Shown piece after piece: positions 55,322 through 64,000 of a stretch of 64,000 nt of DNA (positions are counted from its first letter, which is position 1; each line of letters opens with the position of its first letter). The notes under the pieces were generated by a model. The model had not been told where the DNA came from. It saw only the letters and a program-made list of their open reading frames with translations, and did not search any database. This stretch comes from Dictyostelium discoideum. Taxonomy: Eukaryota. The stretch spans positions 3,584,001 to 3,648,000 of the forward strand of contig CM000151.3 in NCBI GenBank assembly GCA_000004695.1, in the 5' to 3' direction. The position numbers and the translations under genes are program-made.

Positions 55322-55960
55322 CTAGTTTTTTTTTTTTTTTATTAATTCTATTATTGATTTTTCTTCAAAATGTGGGCACATTGATTTCGGAGTTTGTAAA
55401 ATCTTGTCAAATTGACAGGAGGACCAATCTGATTGACAGTTTTCTTTACATAGAAAAAGTTTAACATCACCATTATTTGGATCACATAGAATTTTTTGGA
55501 AAGGATTTCCACTTTTATCATTGTTTATTGAACATGTTTCATTTTTATAAGTGATAATTAAAGCATGATCTTTACATTGTTTTTCTCTATTAATAATTTC
55601 ATTATCTAATAATTGAATTTCATTACAATATTCATGGTTATTACTTTTTGGTATTGATAATTGATGTTTATTTTCATGTAAAATAAAGTAAAATGAAATT
55701 TCACCTTCTGGAATACAAACATTTAATTCATTAGTATAAACTAAATTTTCATCAAATGTTTGAGTAATTATTTTATTTCCAGTTTTATTATTACATCCAA
55801 TTATTTCAACTTTTCCATTTCTTAAATCTTTATTATAAAATTTAATTGCTTCTGGTTTTCCTTCACAGTTTTTATTATCATATATAATTTCTACCAATTC
55901 AAGACAATTGATATTATTAAATAATATAAATAATAAAAATAAAATTATTAATTTCATTTT
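55322..55960 (-). CDS. Secreted Cys-rich protein (~212 aa). Paralog of 56497..57351.
   Basis: ORF 55322..55999; the likely start is the internal Met (MKLIILFLLFILFNNINC, a signal peptide). Mature protein has ~16 Cys (IIYDNKNCEGKPEAIKFYNK...). Shares the N-terminal pattern MK.I..L.F......YDNK.C with the neighbouring gene. Confidence 0.5.
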   Translation of the reverse strand, partial: KMKLIILFLLFILFNNINCLELVEIIYDNKNCEGKPEAIKFYNKDLRNGKVEIIGCNNKTGNKIITQTFDENLVYTNELNVCIPEGEISFYFILHENKHQLSIPKSNNHEYCNEIQLLDNEIINREKQCKDHALIITYKNETCSINNDKSGNPFQKILCDPNNGDVKLFLCKENCQSDWSSCQFDKILQTPKSMCPHFEEKSIIELIKKKKN

Positions 55961-56496
55961 ATTATTAATATTTCTATTTTTAATATAAAAAATTAACAAA
56001 AAAAAAAAAAAATTATTATTCTATTGATAGAATAAAAAAAAAAAAAAAAAAAATAATAATAATATAGTTAGGGGGAGAGGGGGTATAATCAAAAAACTAA
56101 TTATAAATAACCACACCAATAAATAATTTTTATTAAAAAAATAAAAAATTATACATATCACCCGTCCAACAAAAAAAAAAATGAATTAATTTCAAAAAGA
56201 ATTCAGACACTTTTTTAATTTTTTTGGTAATTATAAATTTAGGTAAAGAAAGCTTATTTCTAATCCATTTTTATTTTGGAAAATACCAATGAAATCCTCT
56301 TCTCTTCAAGATTTTATTTTTCAAAAAAAATATAGTCCACAAACACCATATTAAAAAAATGTATGCAAAAGTTCGACAGTTTTTTTAGACTGTTGGACGG
56401 GTGTAATAAATAAAAAAAAAAAAAAATAAATAATTCAAGGTTTAAATTAAAAGTATTAAAATTTTAATATTACTAGTTTTTTATTTTTTATTTTAT

Positions 56497-57351
56497 TTAA
56501 AATAATATTAAAATTAATAATGATAAACTAATTAAAAGGAAGAAAGATACGTATATTTTTTGGGCATTGCTTTTGCCAGTAGTTGAGGCACCTCCACTAT
56601 TTCCTGCATTTGATGTAGCTCCACCATTTCCAGAAGCGGCTCCAGTTGCTCCACTACCACCAGTTGCTGAGGTACCATTATTTCCAGTACCACCACCACC
56701 AGTAGCACCAGAAGAAGAAGATGTACTTGAAGTATCAACTTTACCATCAATTTTAATTAAATCTTGAATATTTTTTGATTTAATATTTGGACAGGATGAA
56801 ATACTTTTTAATTCTTTATCAAATACACAACCACTGACCCCAGAAGCTTTACGGCAATCAGATGGGCAATTATAACGTTTTACAACATTTCCATTACAAA
56901 GATAACGATTGAAATAACCGTTTGATTGTGGACCAACACATGCACCATTTAAATAAGAATTTAATAAAATGTTTTCACAATCATCATCGGCAAATTGAAC
57001 CAATTCTGAACAGTATCCATTAATTCCTGAAACATTTGCATTTTCATTTAAAAACATTTGAGCCAATGAACCTGTTAAACAATAATTTACATCTTGATCA
57101 TATGCTGATGGAGTTTTTGAACTACAATCACTTGGTGATTTAATACCATATGAAATTGTTACTCTTTTACTTGATTGTGGTACAACATAAATTCCTTTTG
57201 CACATTGTGATGATGATTGAATTGAAATTGGTGTATTTTTACAATCTTTATTATCATACATTGCTTGAATATATTCTAATCCATTTACAACATTTTTAAA
57301 AATACAATAATTTATTACTGTAAATAATAATATAATTTTTAAAATTTTCAT
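56497..57351 (-). CDS. Cys-rich cell-surface protein with Gly/Ser/Thr/Ala-rich stalk and C-terminal hydrophobic tail (GPI-anchor-signal-like).
   Basis: 284-aa ORF with signal peptide MKILKIILLFTVINYCIFKNVVNG and many Cys. It has a GATGGGGTGNNGTSATGGSGATGAASGNGGATSNAGNSGGASTTG stalk and ends ..SNAQKIYVSFFLLISLSLLILILF*. The ORFs 56532..56750 and 56567..56767 are alternative-frame artefacts of the Gly/Thr-rich stretch. Confidence 0.55.
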   Translation of the reverse strand: MKILKIILLFTVINYCIFKNVVNGLEYIQAMYDNKDCKNTPISIQSSSQCAKGIYVVPQSSKRVTISYGIKSPSDCSSKTPSAYDQDVNYCLTGSLAQMFLNENANVSGINGYCSELVQFADDDCENILLNSYLNGACVGPQSNGYFNRYLCNGNVVKRYNCPSDCRKASGVSGCVFDKELKSISSCPNIKSKNIQDLIKIDGKVDTSSTSSSSGATGGGGTGNNGTSATGGSGATGAASGNGGATSNAGNSGGASTTGKSNAQKIYVSFFLLISLSLLILILF

Positions 57352-57807
57352 TTTAATATGGGGTTCTATTTTATAATATAAAAAAAAATAATATAAAATA
57401 AAAAAAAAAAAAAAAAAAAATAAAAGTTAATAGAAAAAAAAAAAAAAAAAAAAAAAAAACAAAAAAAAGATAGAAAAAAAAAAAAAATAATAAAAAAAAT
57501 AATTAAACAAAAAAAAAAAAAAAAAAAAAATTATTATAATTTGGGTTTTAACTTTACATAGATATATTTTTACATATAAAAAATTAACTTCCACCCACAC
57601 ACCCACATTCTCAATAGATTCAAAAACACCTAACCACAAAAAAAAAAAAAAAAAAAAATAATATAAAAAAAATTAAAATTAAAAATAGAAAAAGACAAAG
57701 GGTAGTATAATTTATTGAAAAAATAAGAAAATAATTATTTAATAAATTATTTTATATTTATTTTTTATATTGATTTGATTTATTTTTATTTTTTTTTATT
57801 TTTTTTA

Positions 57808-59317
<1,510 letters not shown>

Positions 59318-59363
59318 TTATATTTTTTTTTGTTTTAACTGAAAAGAATATTTAATTAAGGTT

Positions 59364-59397
<34 letters not shown>

Positions 59398-60878
59398 TCT
59401 TTTAAAAAAAAAAATAAAAAAAATAAAAAAAAAGGTTCGGAGATCATTTTTTTAAAAATATTTATATCTCCCACATATTTACACCTATAAAAATAATGAC
59501 CCACCACAACAAAGAAAGAATAGATCCAAATTAAACTCTAATAATAATTTTGATCTCCCAATGAGCATAATAAAAATTAAAAAATCTATGATACTTGAAA
59601 ATAAAATCTGTTTCATGTTTGTATTATGGAAAAAAAAATTTAAAACATATTCTCTGAGGGTGTTTTGTGGTGTTTTAACAAATACTATAAAATTAAATTC
59701 AATGATAAATAAAATAAAAAAAATGGAAAAAATATGCAAGTTATTAAAAAAAAACAAGGAACGGAAAGGAAATTAAAAAAATACCCCCTTTTTCCAAATG
59801 GGGAAAAGGTCAACACTAAAACAGAAAATTTAAATAAAGAAATTTTAATTTTTATTAACATTTTTTTATTTTTTTTTAATTTTAAATTACACTATTTTAA
59901 ATTTTACTATTTTGGGTGGCGAAAAACGAAAAAAAAAAAAAAAAATGAAATTAACCCCACCAAAAATAAAAACACTAAAAAACAAAAAAAATCTAAGATT
60001 CAACATGTAATATTTTTGTTATTTTTAATTATTTTTATTGTTATTATTATTAGTTTTTTTTAATTTTGTTTTTATTTTAATAATTGTGTTGGTAAAAAAG
60101 GCTTAGAATTAATATTGAGATGGTCTTTAATCTTTTATCTTTTAAATAAACTTTTAAGAGTATTTACCATTTTTTTTTTTGGTCATTTTAAACCAATTAA
60201 TATATTAACTTTGTTTTTTAATTAAAGTAATATAAAAGAGTATTTAAAAAAAAAAGGTCGTTTATTGTTCTGGTGAAATTTTTTAAATAATTTTTTAATG
60301 ATATATTGTTTTTTTAATAAAATAGTAAATAGAACCAACTGAATTGAGGTTATTGTGTGAAAAATAATATTTTTTCTTCCTATTTAACGAAAAGTAAAAA
60401 ATAGGCCCATATATTAATTAAAAAGAGTAATTAATTAATTTAAACATCAAAAACTGTAAATTAGAAAGAAGAAGAAAAAGAATAGGAAAAGGGAAAGTTT
60501 GTTAATAATTTTTACAAATATTACCACTTGGATTTTTTTTTTGAACATTAGATATAGGGTACTTTCTATCAAAGATGTCTTAACTATTTTTTATTTTTTA
60601 TTTTTTTTTTTTATTTTTAATTTTTTTTTTTTGTTTAATTATTTTTAAGAATAAACAATAATAAAAAAAAACAAAATTATTGTAATTTAGATTTTAACTT
60701 TATATTGACATATTTTAAAAATTGACTTTCATGCACACCACACTCTCAAAAGATTCAAAAACACCTAACAAAATTTAAAAAATAAAAATGAAAATTAAAA
60801 ATAGAAAAGACAAACAGAAGTTTGGTTTATTGAAAAAATAAAAAAAATAATTATTAATCAATTATTTTTTTTTTTTTT

Positions 60879-62423
<1,545 letters not shown>

Positions 62424-63226
62424 TTTTTTTTTTTTTTGTTATTTTTTAACTTAAAAAAAATATTCGATTCTTTTTTTTTTTTATTTATACTCTTTTTATT
62501 TTTTTTAAATTTTTTAGTTCAAAAAAAAAACAGAAAAAAACAAACAAAAGAAATCTGAGAAGATTTTTTTTAAAAATATCCCCTAAATCTACCCAATTTA
62601 TATACTTTTTTTTTTTTTTTTTATACAAGTAAAGATGATGTTTTTAAAATTGAACAGGAACTTGGAAATTATATCATTTTTATGTTTTATTTGATTTTTT
62701 TTGAAAATATTTAATAGAAAAATTCTTTTTAATTGGAAGCCGAATTAATACTCATTAATTTTAACCCAATAAAAAAAAAAAAAAATAAAAAAAATAAACC
62801 CGGAAATAAATTTTATTTTGATTTCCGATGAGCGAATGAGAACAAAATAAAAATTAAATTTTAAATTTTTTAATTAGGTCAGAGGAACAGTCTAAAAAAA
62901 AAAACCAAAAAAAAAAAAATTGTTTATCAAAAAAAAAAAAATTAAGAAACAGAATTTTTTTATTTATTTTTTTTTTTTTTAAAAATTTTTGGAAAGAAAA
63001 AAAAGAAATAATAAATAATATCTTATTCTGAGAAAAAAAAACAAAAAAAATAAAAAAATTAAAAAAAAAATTAAAATAAATAATTTATTATTCAAACTAT
63101 TATTATTTTTTTTATTTTTTTTATTATTTTCTATTTTATTTTTATGTCAATATTGTTTAATTTTTTTTTTTAATTTTTTTTTCAATTAATTCAGTTTTAC
63201 TAATATTTTTTATAAACATTACACCT

Positions 63227-63274
<48 letters not shown>

Positions 63275-63565
63275 TTTGAGAATAAAAATAATCAAAATTG
63301 TAAAACCAACTATTATTCCCCTTTTGTGCTTTTTTTATTATATTATCGAAAAGGTAAAAAAATAAGAAATTTTTAATTTTAAGAAAATGTTTCAAAAAAA
63401 AAGTTTTAAAAAAAAAAAAAAATTTTAAAAAAAAAAAACACTCTTTTTTTTTTTTTTTTTTTTTTTTTCTTTTTTATCTGTTTCATTAATAAAAAAAAAG
63501 TAAATTAAATCAAATAAATAAATATATAGATATAAAGATATAAAAAAAAAAAAAAAAAAAAAAAA

Positions 63566-64000
63566 ATGGATCAAAGTGAAATTGTAAAATTAAATAAAAT
63601 AAAAGCAAAGAGTGCATGGTTAAAAAAAGGTGCAGCAAGAAGTAGTGCAATTTCATGTGGTCTTGGTATAGGTATTGGTTTTGGTATTGCTTTATTCATT
63701 TTCTCACAAACTTTAAGAGGTTTTGGTATTTATTTAGCAGGTTTATGTACTTTCCATATGTGGGAATATATTTGGGTTACAATGTATCATCCTGATAAAT
63801 TATCAAGTAAATGTATGCAAAAAATAAAATAAAAAAATAAAATAAAAAAATAAAAAAAAATAAAAAAAAATAAAAAAACATACTAATAATAATTATAATA
63901 GCATTTTTATTAAATCATAGTCCACAGTTTAATATGGCATTATTAATTAGTTTTATTGAGTTTTGGATTGAATGGTATTTCTTCCCATCATTGAAAACAT
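63566..64000 (+). CDS. Protein-S-isoprenylcysteine O-methyltransferase (ICMT), 5' part. Exon 1 63566..~63806/63812, an intron of ~110-120 nt, then exon 2 from ~63921/63928 running out of the window.
   Basis: ..GLCTFHMWEYIWVTMYHPDKLSS then, after the intron, FNMALLISFIEFWIEWYFFPSLKT. This parallels human ICMT ..FHYSEYLVTAVNNPKSLSLDSFLLNHSLEYTVAALSSWLEFTLENIFWPELK. The exact splice phase is not resolved by eye. Confidence 0.6.

Noticed and set aside
56532-56767. ORFs 56532..56750(-) and 56567..56767(+)
   Set aside because: Alternative frames of the Gly/Thr/Ala-rich stalk region (GC-richer codons) of gene 56497..57351.
59485-60063. ORFs 59485..59757(-), 59561..59776(+), 59734..60063(+), 58527..58739(-), 58854..59075(+)
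   Set aside because: AT-rich intergenic sequence between the two MAO copies, or antisense of the MAO exon. They have K/N/F-rich low-complexity composition.

Overview
This window is a eukaryotic nuclear locus with the hallmarks of Dictyostelium discoideum (social amoeba). It is about 78-80% A+T, with long poly-A/T tracts, (AAT)n, (ATT)n and (CA)n microsatellites, Asn/Gln/Thr-rich coding insertions, and short AT-rich introns with GTAAGT/GTATGT donors and ..TTTAG acceptors. It is not prokaryotic: I found no CRISPR array, rRNA gene or operon.

Part 1 - what is here:
- 1-12.3 kb holds single-copy genes: a partial RING/TRAF-like zinc-finger gene; a CBM20 + glycerophosphodiester-phosphodiesterase (GPCPD1-like) gene; a large two-exon gene whose product has an N-terminal WD40-like region, a Thr/Ser-rich mucin-like middle and a C-terminal RING-H2 finger (Vps8-like architecture); and a K/N-rich hypothetical gene.
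- 13.0-47.5 kb is the dominant feature. It is a tandem array of five paralogous multi-exon genes, A-E (A on +, B-E on -), encoding type-I transmembrane glycoproteins: signal peptide, serial ~100-aa exon-encoded Ig-like modules joined by phase-1 introns, one EGF-like Cys module, a TM helix and a short basic tail. I interpret them as tgr-like (IPT/TIG-EGF-TM) receptors. Copy A carries a likely +1 frameshift and copy B a CAA->TAA nonsense codon. The array also contains truncated family fragments and a rearranged importin-alpha pseudogene with an internal inversion.
- 48.3-52.5 kb is a compact housekeeping cluster: srp14, psmD8/Rpn12, dpm2 and rpl15, two of which have 3-4 nt first exons.
- 52.9-64 kb holds a hypothetical poly-N/acidic protein, two paralogous Cys-rich secreted or GPI-type proteins, two tandem flavin amine-oxidase (MAO-like) paralogs, and the 5' part of an isoprenylcysteine carboxyl methyltransferase gene.

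Part 2 - most interesting:
- The tgr-like array is a mosaic. A ~1.05-kb 3' block (EGF-like module to stop) is nearly identical in all five copies, while the 5' Ig-like exons are divergent.
- Downstream of copy A's stop lies a relic of the alternative tail that copy B uses; this looks like a recombination or gene-conversion junction.
- A, B, C and D carry a shared AGATATTTTAAAA promoter-proximal motif; E has a reversed variant. A perfect 33-bp inverted repeat lies ~80 bp upstream of copy A.
- A microsatellite-filled intron is present in copies A and B and absent in C, D and E.
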